Shown here one piece after another: positions 34,902 to 49,400 of a stretch of DNA of 64,000 nucleotides. Both the position numbers and the translations under genes were made by a program. The DNA comes from Yuukianura sp. NJ FZ-2021 (Eukaryota), in NCBI GenBank assembly GCA_046563655.1, contig CM102290.1:744001-808000 (forward strand), in the 5' to 3' direction. The notes beneath the pieces were generated by a model. That model was not told the origin of the DNA and did not search any database. It worked only from the letters and a program-made list of their open reading frames with translations. Each line of letters starts with the position of its first letter. Position 1 is the first letter of the stretch.

Positions 34902-37900
34902 TCAGCGTGAATTTGAAACGCGTTGTTCGCGTAGTTGTTGTGGGAAGTTTCCTGGATCATTGTTTCCATCACTATCATCTCCAAGGGAAGAAAGGAAGAT
35001 CGGAACAACTTGCAGTTGTGGCTTTTTCTCTCGTTGACACACGCAGCGACAAATGATCTTCTTGAACGCTGCACGGAAGTCTCGATTAAAGTACTGCAAA
35101 AAAAGGCACCCATAAGGTCCCCGCAAATGTCAGACTTCAAATTCATAACCATCAATCAAGAATTCGCTGAATTAATATTCAAAAATTGACAGCTAAGGTT
35201 GTAATTCAATAAATTTTTGCTGGATGTCCTCTAAAATGTGTGAATACATACCGCATAAATGCAGGGATTGAGAGCGCTGTTGACATAGCCCAACCAGAAG
35301 AAAACGGAGAAAAGAAGCGGAGGAATGCAGTTTTCACAGAAAGCTCTCAAGACGTACATGATGAAGAATGGAAGCCAACACACAATAAAGCCACCAACAA
35401 TTATTCCTGCGGAAAACAAATATATAAAGTTACGAGTATCATCGATATATGAAAGACATTCTCAGATCTTGGGGCAAGGTTAATGTTTCCACATAGTATC
35501 AAATTTTCTTGCAGAAATCATACTCTCTGGGCATTCCGTTATACTAATAACTACGCTCGTCACGGACATTCAAAAGTCGTTCATCCTGTGGATAATCAAT
35601 TTCATCAAAACTGTATTCCCAAGAAGCATAACCTATTATTGTTTATTATCAAATCCCACATCAAATTCTTAGAGAAGAGGGAATGTCTCTAAGGGAATTC
35701 AAGCCCAGATTCATTGATGTCATATTTAAGAGAAAGTTGAGAACTGAAAGCTTCTTTTCACATCTGAGGTGAATTTGGGAAGGCATGGTGCCCGTTTTTT
35801 CATCTCCCGAAAGTGAAATATGATGAAAACCATGGAGAAGAGATGGTAAGATTGTTTGTTGTTACTATAATGGTTTTGGTCGGTCGAATAATAAGCAATA
35901 ATAACGATCCAGCAGGATAGCTCATCTAATACTTTTTGGATCTGGAGTTTGGATGAGAAAAATGAAAGCTGGCTGATGAATGCATTGAGTTTTACCTACT
36001 TTCTCCAGTACCCCTAATAACCGTCAGAAAAAAAGTAGCGAAAAGGAATGGATTGCTTCTCGACGCTTCTGCTGAAAAGGCTGGTTTTCCAAGTCCTAAA
36101 CCTATTTGAGAAGTCAGATGGCATTAGATCTAACACACGTTTACTGATATTTGAGAGAATCGTCCAGAATGAAAAGTGGTTCAGGTTATTTCCTCATCTC
36201 TGTCCTATCTCCTATTCTCCCTCATCCACAAAATAGGTGAGAGAAGACTAAAGAGAAAGTTGGATAGGGAAAGTCTTGCGAATTTTCATCACGTACCAAG
36301 TGTTTTTGCTGCCTTGGTTTCCATACGAAATCGTTTGACTTGAACCTTGATGTTCCGGCGGCCCATTTTCGAGATGAGTTTCGGCTTTGGATCCTCAGAG
36401 CTCGAACTAAGGGTTTCATACTTGACTGTTGCACAGAGAGTAGGTGAAGGGGAGGGGGTAGACGACTCTGAATCAGTTCCATGAATCAAGCGACGCCCAG
36501 TTCCGTCAGTTACAGGTAGATTGAGAGAGTCATGCTGTTGGTGACATGGAGACGTCGTAAGAGATCCGCCTGGAGAAGGAGACGGAGAGAGTACAGGTCG
36601 CCGAGAACTTACCGAGTAGTTGTGGGCACTGAAGGTGTTGTTTCGCGGTCGGTAGGAAGTGGCTCGCTTTCCAACTAAAAACGGAAAAAGAAAAAGTGGT
36701 ATAACGGTCAGTACTTTTTCGTGGTCGGTTGGACTGGCTGGAGAATTTGCACCCTATAATTACGTGACTAGAATTTCCTTAACTTTCTCCCGCTCACTTT
36801 GTGAGGGTAAAAAGGAGGCCACAAGCACAACGTCCTTCTAAATCAGTGCAACCCCAAGGAAGAAAGATCCAGTTCCATTCTTTCTGAACACTGAGGCGTC
36901 TCCCTTTCATAATTAATCTCTTCCAAGGGGCTACTCAAAGACAGGGCAGAGAGATTGTCCAATTTACTAAATCCACTTTACTTGAGCACCCTTCCGTCTA
37001 ACGCTTTGTCTTTTAACTTTCTTTTCTCACAAAATCATTCTTTGTTCCATCATCGGGCGGTGATATTATTGTCGGGTTAATCTTTTCTTAGATTTAGACC
37101 AACAGAACTCAAGCAAACTCACACAGAATTCTCAGTTTTAGCCAAAACTACATTACCGAAGTCAGAGCAGAATTCCAAACGGGGTCAAGGCTTTTTCGTT
37201 GTTCTAAGACTTACCACGTGGTGGAGGTGTTAAGTGTACTTTAATGCGCTCATGAGATCTACTTCTTGGAACCCTGGCTGCGGCACCGGATGAGGAGTTG
37301 GCTTGAAGTCGCCCATTTGTCGATGCTGCTGGATTAGGAGAGGTGGACCGATTTCCATGGTGGTTTTGAACAGAACGGCCACGATGAATCCTAAGGGTCA
37401 GTCTTTGCTCTTCAAATCTCGTTCCAAGGAGACGAGACCCCTTGGTGGTACGAAAGCCTTGATTAATTGCCCGCGTCGTTTCAACTGCTGCCAAATAAAT
37501 TCTCCAGTAGAAGAACAGCATCACGAACATCGGAAGAAAGAAGGAGCCAATGGCAGAATAAAGGACGTAGCCCTGGGAAAGAAACAATTAGACAGGTCCT
37601 TTTAGAGCGTAAGGAAGGAACTTTCTAAACTTTTCTTTTCTGAACATAGAACTTGGGAGCACGCTAACGACACGCATGGAGAGAGAGAGAATCATTTTGA
37701 GGATGAAAGACACAAACAGATTTGATCTCTCAGAATGGATTCCTGGACTTGAGAGATAAAATCCAGCGGGCAGACTGAATTACTCAAACTTTCTTCTCTC
37801 CAAGATTGAAGTGGTTGTGGTCATCTAAAGCCAATTAGTGGGGAAAGACAGAATGGAAAAACTTCCTGTGTAAATTGAACCTTTCCAATAACACAATTCG

Positions 37901-38721
37901 CATGGAGTTCGGTCGGTGCGTTCCCAATAATGTTTCAGCCGTAATAACTACTAACCTTATCACTCGTAAGTTCGCATGTCAGAGAGCATTCCTCCACTTG
38001 GTACTTTTCTCCGCTTGCGTCTACGACCACCTCAGATGTAGCGGTGGACACTTTACCCCTGTCAGCTTCAGCAATAGGCGACTCCGTCGTATTTGTTATC
38101 AACTGTCTAAAAAATGTACGCTTTCGGTCGTTCCAACCCACAAGTGGAGGGAAGCATATAACAAAACTCAGGATCCAAACAGCACCGATGAGTAGCTTCA
38201 CTTTTCTGGAGGACATGATGCTCGGATACGTTACTGGGCGTGTTACGGCTACGTACCGATCCATGGAAATGGCGCAGAGGTTGAGGATACTTGCTATTGT
38301 TGAAATCAAACATGAAAATAAAAAATGTTGTGACTTCCACCTCATTATTTCTCTGATCAAATGACTTACCAGTGCACATCCATACGTCAACTGCGAGCCA
38401 CATGGAGCACCATAGTTCTCCAAATATCCATATTTCAAATATTTCCCATGTTGCAGAGAAGGGGAGGACGGCCAAGCCGACCATGAGATCTGCTACAGCG
38501 AGTGACACAATGAAGAGATTCGTGACGGTTCGAAGTTTAGTGCTGATGAAGACGGCAGCAATCACGAGACAATTTCCAACGATGACGACGGCGTTGATAA
38601 TGGCCAAGACGAGAAGAGAAGTGAGGACTTTTGCGTCTGTCCAGTTCACGAGGTCGAAGATCTCGTCGCAGGACACGTTCGTGTATTGAACATCCCCCTC
38701 AATATGAATATAGCTTTTCAT
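34902..38721 (-). CDS. Oamb: Alpha-adrenergic-like octopamine receptor (class A GPCR, Oamb/OctalphaR-like)
   Basis: Exons 38721-38370, 38293-37956, 37572-37215, 36674-36297, 35406-35252, 35093-34902, all phase-consistent GT-AG. TM motifs: [158 protein letters not shown]. An in-frame TGA at 38817-38815 makes 38721 the first usable ATG; the exon acceptor is at 38827-38829. Confidence 0.92.
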
Positions 38722-40033
38722 TCTGATGATTCGGACGATGACTGACACAAAGAAAGTGGGAATGTTCAAAGCCCGGAATGGCGGAAAGTAGACAAATTCA
38801 GGTACAACACTCCCTCATTTCTCAATCTGAAAAACATAGGAGCGTAGTGTAACAGTGTTCAGAATTGAATTTGGGAACTTTATATTGCCTAAACTAAGGA
38901 TAAATTTTGACAAATGTAGCACTCCTATACTAAATTCTCTTCATCCTAATTTTTACATTAGTGTCAACTTTATAATGTGAATTACGTTACGTTCACGCGT
39001 GTTCAATGACTTAGCGAATCGATGGACATGAACTTCCCGGAATAACTCATTGAAAGGAACATGTTCTGAATTAGACACATTTGAACATCGTGTTGAACAA
39101 CATTCGCGAAAGTTCTCACGCTCAAAATAGTAGTTACTTTGGTTTCACGTAGAAAGAAAGTCTAAGCTTCGAAAGTATTTCTTTAGTTGATATAACTATG
39201 AAAAGAAATACCGACAACATGGTATGTTTTGGTTCAATTCAAAACTTTTTACGAATATCGGACCAAAACTGTCGAAGACAGGAATAGAAAGTTAGAAATG
39301 TGGAAAAGACTACAGTACCCTAACCTAAGCGTTATTACGCAACTAAAAGCAGGCGAAACTTATCAATTCAATCTTATTTCTAAAAGCATACGTTACAAAA
39401 GAACGCATGGAACCTCATGGTTACCAATTCATGCCCTTGAACTACTAAAACATTCCACGCTCATGTCACGTTTCGGTGAACAAAGTACAATAAGTTCGAG
39501 AATTAACAAAAAGTAACGTTTCGTTAAAACGAACGAAAGTTCAAAATGCGTTCCCTTTCTTCTATTTGTAAAATACTAAAAATAACAAATAACGTCAACG
39601 ATTGGACTGACTAACGTTCTCCTCACCACAAAAGATCCCATCTACATTCTCAGTAGTTAATAATTTATCCCTTTGCCAAAAATCAACTGATCGTTACTCT
39701 GAAACTAATGTGCCTCTGACACTGAACGGAATGTGAGCATTAATCATGTTGTACTGAAACAATTTTAAAATGCCACTTTCCCTCGGTTTCGACTAATGGA
39801 AAAGTAAGGTCGAGTCAACTAAACTGCCAAGGACTGTTCCCTATCATCAGTCACGCACTAACCTGTAATTACTCTAGCACTTGATGGGTGTGGTACTTTT
39901 GTGGTTCATTTCCTAACTTCAAATTTTTATCAGGAGTCAATCCATATTAAAACAACCATTAAAAAGGACCAATCAACAACATTAAACTAGCGCAGAAAGA
40001 TTGATTTCACGACGGGAAGCAGTTAAAAGTCAG

Positions 40034-40151
40034 GTTGCCCGTCAGAATTTTGCAGAAAATAAGCCGAAACGTTTTATAAAATAAAAACTCAAAAGAAAGC
40101 TTTTCTTAACCGCTGGTTGGCTTCTATCTTTCCAAATTCTTGACAGGCAGC
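40034..40151. repeat. Degenerate inverted repeat (possible old MITE)
   Basis: GTTGCCCGTCAGAATTTTGCAGAAAATAAGCCGA versus the right-arm reverse complement GCTGCCTGTCAAGAATTTGGAAAGATAGAAGCCAA. Confidence 0.5.
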
Positions 40152-42948
40152 GGGAATACTACTCAAGTTCTAAAAAAAATAAAAAAGAAATCAATCTTCA
40201 AGAAACTGCTGACCTCATATCACCTTTGAAAGGCTTCAACAAAATATCAAATCTGGATTTGAATGAATCTCATTTCCTTGTCTGAATCAGGCCAAAATAG
40301 ACAAGTTAGATGAGTGAAAGCGAAGAAGAAAACTTCTTGTTCAGTCTGGCGAAAGGAATCTCAAGTCTTTCGTTGATTCATTTTGAGTTCCTTTCGATAC
40401 TCATCAACATAGGCCCTCCTCCGCTTCCATGAGCATAATTAAGAATCAATAGATCAAATTAGGAGAGTCCTTATGAGTCCTTCCAAGGGCTGGCAAAAGG
40501 TGTGAGCCCTTGGCATGAGACACTTGCCATTGGACTAGTAAGTCTGTTTTCTGGAATTGTTGGAAACGGAAGGGAGTCAATGGGCTGGAAGGAAGATAAT
40601 CGCCAAGGAAGGAACTGCAGGGAAAGTTCAGTACAGTCCATAACCTCTGCCACGTCCTTATCAGGAATCTATCACGACATCTTCTGCTTTGTCAAAGCCA
40701 CACGCTCTTATGAAACATGCTTCGAAAGGCTTCTTTCGTTGTATTCCAGTTCTAGAGAAATTGTCATTGTATTGCAAATACCATGTAGGTTAGTTTGAAT
40801 GCTGCATTGTGTAGAAAGTGAGTAGAGAGAAAGTTGAATAACAACTTCCGCAACGATTTAGAAACATATCAAGGACATCATGTTACCAAAGGTCAGGTAT
40901 TCACTAAAACCAAACCTTTGAAAATTAATTTTAAATTATTTCAATTCTACATTGGTCATTGAAAATACAAATAATCTTCTTATAAAATTTCAATTTATCA
41001 TTTCTATCAAGCAGGCAATATCTTCTGGTTCCTTCGATTGTAAAGCAAGACGCAAACGACATTATGTTTTGTAAAATGAGAAAGCTGGATAAACAAGTTT
41101 TTAAAAACGGAAAACATACAAACATAAAGAAATCTCCATTTCATACTTGAATAACGCTCCATTTCATCAACCTGATTACTATCTCTTCTACACAAAGGCT
41201 CATATTTCTAATTTAGACAAAATCCACCATAGTACACAATAAATCACCCGTCGTATACGAACGCTCATCTCTAGATTGAAATAAGTTCATTCAAATTTTG
41301 ATTACTTCCTAAACTCCATCCTTTCATTCAAATACAAACTCGAATTCATTTTCTTAAAAAAAAAATAACAAGGAAAGTCAGCAGGAAATGAAGGGGAAAA
41401 AAACCTAGCCAAGATGACAAAAGTTTGAATTCGTTTTGAAAGGTGCCGTTTCTCCAACAGAAACTGGGCACAATTTAACTGGGCCCTTTCACTAAACTTG
41501 GTACAATTTAAACCTCAAAGTGGAAGGAGTTCTCATTGGTTGAATGGAGTCGTAAATCTGTAACTAAATGTGCTGCATTGGCATTTTTTCTCTCCAGAAG
41601 ACTCAGGATTTTGATTCCTGGAGCTAAAGCACTAATAATAAATCCCAAGGAATGGGATATGACTCTCACTTCGGAAGCCATTTGAGGCTCAAGAGAAAGT
41701 TCTGCTGAGGGGATTGAGCACGGTTAGCAGGAGAAAAGTCCTCCCACCGTCGAGGTTACACACAAAAACCTCCGTCTTCGTCCCCTTACCTCTGCTGTCT
41801 GAAATCCATCCAGTTTCAAAACTTTAAAATTTTACTCTCTTTTTTTTCACGTTCCACATTGTGGATAATCCATTTAAAAACTGACGAGAACCATACAAAC
41901 GTAAGTGGATCCCTTGAAAGGGAAACAAAAATTCATAACGAATGAGTGCAATTTCCCCACCTACTTGACTCGCACTGCCTCTAACCACAGATCTAGCCCA
42001 AAATTTATCTATTGCACAAACTCCCCAAACCTTAATGTGTGAATTCAAAAAATTTAGAAAAAAAAAATCCGGTGTACACCTATGTTTGGCCTCCATAACC
42101 TTTTGTAGTGTTTAGTGTTACATACAATTTACTCACTACTACTCAGAGAGAAAGTTTGTGAAGAAATTTTTGTGAAGGAAACCATATTTGCTTCCACTTG
42201 CCCTCTGGCCATTGAACAGATCCCAACTCCGGGCTAATTTATGTTAAAACTTCAAGTGAAGCCGACAAAAGTAAAGTTAAGTTTGATGATTAATTACACA
42301 ATTACTAGAAAGTGCACTTGGCTTATCTTTCGATTCTAAAAAAGAAAAAAAGATGAGGAAAAAGTAGCAAAAAAGTGAAACATAAGTTGTTAGGCGACTT
42401 AGGCGCGAGTTGACCAAGTTCCAACTTAAGTTCAGAAACTGTTAGGGAGTTTGTAAAGCACTTACGGAGGATACTCCATCCAACGAAAGTATGGAGAATA
42501 AGAGACATTTTTCGTGGTTCGAACACACAAAAAAAAGGACATAAATAAAGTAAGTTTGTGTCAGTTCCGCCCAAAGAGTCATAGTCACACAAAAACTTTT
42601 CCCTTATTTCTTTTTCCTCCTGAATCAAAAATTCTGACTTACGACAGTGGGCAATGAGGAGGAAATACTTTCATACTAGGAAGACACCATTTTGAAAATA
42701 CCAAGTGACTATAAAGACTCATACTTTCAAGTTGGTTGTTAAATTCAACTCAACAAGGGAACTTTTCCCTTAATTTACGAAACAAAAAACTAAAACTAAC
42801 GACTGTCCTCAAGTTCTCCAAGAAGGACAAAACTTCGCCAACTTTGAACAATATCTTTAAGAGCCACCGAAGACTTCAAAATGCTTTCTCTTTGTCAACG
42901 TTTAAACTTAATGACAATACTACACTAAAACCATCATAACATAACCGT

Positions 42949-43445
42949 GAGGAGTGGGAAAGTTCCAGTGCCGAGAAACGGAACAGCCTCTGTTCTAGTT
43001 CAGTAATTTTTGGAACACAAAAGACGGTTCCCTTTCGTTTCGTTCTTGTTCGATCCCCTGCTGTTTGTGTTCCAAGATCAGAAACGGAACTTACAACAAA
43101 ACGGAAGAATTTCCTTCGTGATCCACTATTGTAGCGGTAAAAATGTAGGAAATGGTATTTTTTAACGACAAAATTCAGTTTTTGGGTTTCATCAGATTTT
43201 CCTGATGCTTGTGAATGTTGTTAGCGATTCAAATGGTTAACTGGTACATTTGCAAATCGAAGTTGTTTTCGAATTTGGTGGTATCAGATGCAGTCGCAAG
43301 GGTTTGCTATACAAAGCGGGGATTTCCTCTTCGAGTTCCGTTTCGTTCCATGCTCAAAATTTCTGTTCCGTTTCTGTTTCGTCACACGCTGGTCCGTTCC
43401 TGTTTCTACGAGAACCGAAACGGAACGAAACTTTCCCACCCCTTA
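42949..43445. mobile_element. ~500-bp non-autonomous hAT-like element
   Basis: TIRs GAGGAGTGGGAAAGTT / AACTTTCCCACCCCTTA. Perfect 8-bp direct repeat ATAACCGT at 42941-42948 and 43446-43453. Multiple subterminal GAAACGGAAC/GTTCCGTTTC motifs in both orientations. Confidence 0.8.
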
Positions 43446-46400
43446 ATAACCGTCATGCTAACAATTCGCAATAATGTCATTAAATCGTTTCCGAAATGTC
43501 AACACAACTTTGGCTAAAAACTGAATACCTTAATAAAAGCTTACCGTCATTCCTTAGGGGCATACAAAAAGGCATCAAATCCACAATGTCCGATTCAAAA
43601 ATTCACACAGTAGCATCTCAACGACAAAATGAAAGCTTAATAGTACAATCATGCCTTACTTAGTTAGCCTCCTCATTCACATTTTACGTCCAAATCTCTA
43701 ATATAACTTTACTGTGCTTGTTAATTAGTAAAAGATTGAAGATTTGTATTGTTTGGCACATTAAATTCTTGGAAGATTCCTGCTGGTGGCCATTACACGG
43801 CTCAAAGACTTTAATTGATACGTTTAAAACCTAAGGAGGCGGGAAAGTTTAAGACAAAGTTGAGCCAAGAATCAACGGCTTCTCGGTATTCCTTAAGTTA
43901 GGAAAAGGGAATAGCGGAACAAACTCTAAGAATGTGGGAGCAATTGAGGGTTCCATGAAATACGGTTAAGGGCTCTTCCGTAGGACACATGACACATAAA
44001 TCCACCTCCGCAGTTTTATACATCCTACGCCCTCACGACCTACTTTCCTTCACCACATAATAATACATTAATTCTGAGAAAAAATGACACTTCAAAAGAT
44101 TTTCAGCAAAATCAGAGTCAATTCCACCTGATCAGTAACAAAATGTGACTGTCCTTGACTTCCCGAGCTTTGCCTCTGACAAATTCTGACTAACAAAAGT
44201 TAATCCTCAGACTTTTGACAAGTTCAGGGACAGGATTTAGATCTCATCATCTGAACAGCTATACAAAACACCACTATAAACTAAAATCTCTAAAGAATAA
44301 ATAATCAATTTGTGTCGTCTTCTATTTGTTTCAAAATCATGAACTGATAGACAGTCAATGGCCAGTAATAGTTGGCATTCGCTTCAAACAAATCCAGTTG
44401 GAAATTGACTTTTTGAAAATAGTTGGCAAGATCTCGGTCGTCTCAAGCAATTACACGTTCTATTGGCTTTGAAAACGTTGAAATGGCTTCTGTCCTGGAG
44501 AGCCAGAGGGTGAAAGCCAATTTGGACTTGGACTTGGAGGGAGAATTCAATTATGCAACTTCCACGTGTCTCTCAAGTTGACTTCCAAAGCCTAGCCCAA
44601 ATGAACCCAGACTTGGCACAATTTATCCCCTTTCAAGACTCTCGTCTGCCACAATGGAATGGATACTCTCTTTCAAATGTTCAAACTCTACTAAATTAGG
44701 ACACATTTCCTAAATCTCTTCTAAAGCTCACATTCAAAGATAGGCACTTGCATATATTTTCCCCTAAAAGTATATACTTTTCCCACTTCCCGCTTTTTTT
44801 TTTGTTGTTGACTGAACATTCTGTCAAGAAAATGACGAATTTTTTACGACTTTCTAAAAATATTGCAACATTTAGGAACTCCATGTAACGACTCGCTTCC
44901 TTTCTATTTCACTTCAATTTTCTCTCAAATCGTTTGCTCAATTTGACAAATTAGAAATTCCATGTCAAACAATACTTGAAACCTAGAAATATTTCTTTCA
45001 AAAGTCAAAAGGCACGTAATGTACATATGAAATCAAACTTTTTCGGCAAGGGAAAGAGGTTATTGGAAAGGTTAACTGTCGAATTTCTACAGTGAGCATG
45101 TAAAAGGGAGACATTAGTCGACGTCCTCATAAAGAACTGACTCTAATCTCACTGTCAACTTATTGGTAATGGAGCAGAAAATTGGCAATTTTTGTAGCAG
45201 AGGACTTGAATAAGTCGCCTTATGCGCTGCATAACCCCTTTCTAAGTCCCCACTTCCATTCTTCTTATAACGACAAGGATTCTCAGAACAACAACTAAAA
45301 AGAGAAAAGCTTTCCCCGAGCCCCAAAGGCCTCCTGGGAAAACAAAGTCTGCTCAAAACCTTGTGTTGGATTTTCTTTTTAAAAACAGCAACAACAAAAA
45401 GTAGAGCTTACGCATTAGAGTGACACTTCAGCGGCAACCATCTCCTGCAATTCACTCTACCCATATTTAAGTATCAAAGGATATCTTGCTCGTTCACACA
45501 CAGTAACATAGTCGAACTAAAACTGACAACCATGGATAAAACGAGTAGCAAGAGATGACTCATTTCAAGAAACTGACTGATGTTGGCTAAGAGCAAGCGG
45601 AAAATTTCTGAGCCCAAAAGCCTCTCCAACTCTTTTTTCTTAATGACCATTTTCCAAAGTGTGGAGCTTTAACGGAAAGTTATGTTGACTTTGGCAGCTT
45701 ACGACACATTCGTCTCCAGCCCAAAACCAATCGACAGGACTCAGTAGGTGGTGAAAGTTGGAAAGGCCTTCGCAGGTACTATCTTACAGTGTAACCTAAG
45801 TTAACAGTCTCCCGCTGTCACCTCAAGAACAACATTTAGAACAGCCTCAAAGACTGAGACTCAGGTGAGTCAAAGTCAAAGTCAACTGACACAAAAACAA
45901 AAGACATGTATCACCACAGCTTGGTTCCACTACCTCCCCCGACTGCCTCGTTGGGAACAAATGGAACTTAAATAGTCAAAGTTAAATCATCTCCAATCCT
46001 CATTACAACTCAAAGTCACGCTTCTTCACACTTGCGACACACTTCAAAAGAATTAATTAGAAACTCGCTTCCGCTGCAATTCCAAAGGCTACTCAACTGA
46101 ATCGAACCCAGTTTATACAATTTCTATAAGGCAACTTCGTTTCTTCCTTTGACAAAATTGAATAATGAAAATTTCCCAGTCGTAATGTATCACTTTCCTT
46201 GTCAAAGGACCTGACTCCGTCTCTTAAGAAATTCGACTTCCCTTTTTTGTGCTAAATTAATAATGAGACCGTCCTTATTTTTTTTTCTCAAAGGAAAGAT
46301 GAAAGTGAGGGAGACGAGCGTATCAAAAGTGTTCAAAATGCATTAGGAGTCTCCTTTCTCTTCATTTGGAGACGAGAAGGGTGAAGATGTTGGGGATGAA

Positions 46401-49400
46401 TGTTAAATTACATTTCCTCATCACCATCTACAGAGACTTTGGCTGGAGAAGAGAGCTTTTTAGCTTATTCTAAAAAAATGTCAAAGGAAAGGAAGAGAAA
46501 GTGAAGATTCTTTTCCTGAGCGCTAGAGATCAATCCTAAGATTCTAGTCAGACTCTTATTGGCATTCTATTTTCGTAAGCAAAAAAAAGTAGGATACATT
46601 ATGCTCCATTAGACATCTTACGTTCTGCTGCTTTACATCTTCATCTTACATCTTTTAGTCCTATCCCTACTTTCTGAAATTCCAGTCCTTTCTCATCCTC
46701 ACCCCAACATGTTTCCAATTCCGTCTAAAATTCTTTGGAGAGCTAAACACCAAACGCAAACTTCGTTTGCATAGTTTTAGTACAAAACCTTTACTTTCAC
46801 ACTCCAAAAACGAAACAGAACACAAAGTAAAAAAAAAATCTAAACCCATCAAATCTTCTTTGAGTTAAACTTAAGTTCAAATAGATTAAAAAACACATAA
46901 CGTATACTGGAAAATGTAAAAATGGCGCTCATGATTTTGGAATCGCGGAAGCCTTTTAGTTTTAATGGTACGGCAGAATTTCAGAGGTAGATTCCCACTT
47001 GTTTACTCTTTCCTGTGATTGTTACAGAATATATGTGGAAGAATGAGTTTACTTTACACGTGCCTTTTACGAGGTTATTAGGAAGACATCTTGGTTTTAT
47101 AATCTGATTTATGAGGCTCATAATGCCCTCCACTGTGCTTTCTCTCCGAAGCCTTTCGATACTGTGGTCTCTCACGTTGCTCTCCGTACAAGAACATAAC
47201 TAAACCCAAAGTTAGTAGCGATACAACCAAAAAGCCCCGCCCCAATTTTCTCTATAAATTCCTAAAACTTAGTCTGTTTGCAGTGCGGTAAAAGCAAAAA
47301 GAGCGGGAGTTAGAGTTACACAGTGAAATTGTACACTTGGCGCTGCAGCGGGATAGTTTCGTGTCCAACGGATTTTGACTCCAACTTTTCTCACTTTCTC
47401 CATTTCTGTACGAAGCCACAGTTGCCTAGACATATTAGAAACCTAATGAATTTCTGAATACAGACTAATGATTCATTACTTCCTCATTCAGAGGACAAGG
47501 CTCTTTGGTTCCTCCGAAATCCCGAGAGCGGGAATCTTCGAATCTTCCTACTTCATAATCACAACATACAGATTTTGGCAAAAGTCATTGGGTAGTGGAA
47601 ACTTTGAGTCATATTCCAACGTATAAGTTTTAGTATGAAAATTACATGGGAGTTGTAGGGTTACAACTTGTAGCAGTGTAGCAGTGGGTAAATTAAGTTG
47701 GAGTGGTGGTGATTACTTGTAATTACATGGGTTCCAAGGGAGGAGATGGTTGGTCGTCGTGGCAGTTATGCTGCCGTCGAACGTGGAAAAGCCCAAAACT
47801 TCTACCGCGGTTTCAAAACTTCAGCGGCTTTCGTTCAAAGTACTTTTGGAATCCATGCTTTTCAGCAATTATTTCAAATTGCTTACAAGAAAATTGAAAA
47901 GAGTGGGTGGGTAGACTGCGACTAAAGTTAATGCTCGCAATTTAGATATTCAAACAAACAGAAATAAAGTCAGCAACAACCTAACGGTTATTTCCTGTGT
48001 TCGGGCTTATTTTTAAAACGGTTTAAAAACTTAAGCTCGCTACTCCGAAAAAGTGTTTCATTTCATCTACTTGTTTTTTAAATGAGACAAACATGAAAAA
48101 TTTCTTTGTCAAATTTGAACTAATCATACTGTAGTACTTTAAAATTTAATGCAATCATGATATATGTAGATTCAACTAACAACTTAATTGCACCAAATGC
48201 GGTTACAATCCCATTCTTAATACAACTTCCAAGTGAACACGTAGTACAATACATTACTTCCTCAACCTTATTATGGTACACTTTCATCACAGTTTCCAAT
48301 CAAATGTGTGTTGTGTTCCACTTTACCGCAATCTGATTATTGTCTTAAAATTGGTTTTCAGGAGCAAAAACCAAGTTTCTTTAAACCAAAATTTAATACT
48401 CCTGCGGTGGAAAATCACACAAATTCAATTTTATAATTTGGGTAGAAACGCTTTCGCAAAGAAAATCTGAATGCGCGTTTCGTAATTAACTTTTTGTAAA
48501 GATTACGCTCATTTAATTAATAGCGAAATGTTAAAGGGCTTAAAAAACTAAAATTCTCCTGATATGCCTTCTGTTCTCCACAATGTGGAGCAAAAATCAA
48601 TCATATCGAATTTCTTGACATTTAATTTATTGGAACAAGTTCCTTTCCATTCCTCAAGCACACTTTTTTCTTGCAAAAACTTTAAGAAATTCATCCACAA
48701 CTCAGGTTATGTTCGTAAAGTTTCGTTTAGCCGTCCTTCCACAAATCCAAATCTGGAGCTCCCATGCATCAAGCAGGTTTAGTGTTAGAACCAGGTTGGT
48801 GTCAGAGAGAAAGCAGAACTTTTCCACTTAAGCATAATTTATTTATCAATCAGAGATTCGAAAGATTATCGGTGGCTGGTGGAAGGAAAACTTCATGGAA
48901 ATGACTTCTGGTCGGCGGAGAAAGTTAGCCTCTGTTCTCTCTCGTATTAATTTCCTCAACCTTCCTGTGCTTTCCCAAAACACACTTCCACTTGGTTTCA
49001 GAGATTGTTGAAGACGTCGACAAAAGTCAAAGTGGCAAAGAACAGAGTCAGTCACCAGAAAGAAACGAAGAAAGCCTACGTGCATTTGCTCACATTTGGA
49101 AATTCAAGATCCAAAAACTTTATAGTCGAACTTTGATTATCGACAGATGCTGCCAACCGAAGCGGATACGCAAAGGTAATTTATAGGATTCAACTTTCCA
49201 GTTACTTGTCTCCATCTTCTTCACAACGCCCACACTTTCTTTTACAACTTTCAAAAGAATCGGACTGACTATAGTCAGTATAGCCAATAGGCTAAGTTAG
49301 AATGACAGGATAAATTGAAAAGACTAATTTCAAAGGTACATGAGCCGTAGAGGATTGGATTGGATTCAAAGAAAGTTGGACTCAAATTCTCATAATACTG

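Noticed and set aside
35407..36296. Alternative TM6-TM7 exon as in Drosophila Oamb isoforms
   Set aside because: I saw no second CWxPFF/NP-type exon on the minus strand in this intron.
38722..38769. ORF-track start at 38769 for the receptor
   Set aside because: That codon is TTG; the first in-frame ATG after the upstream stop is 38721.
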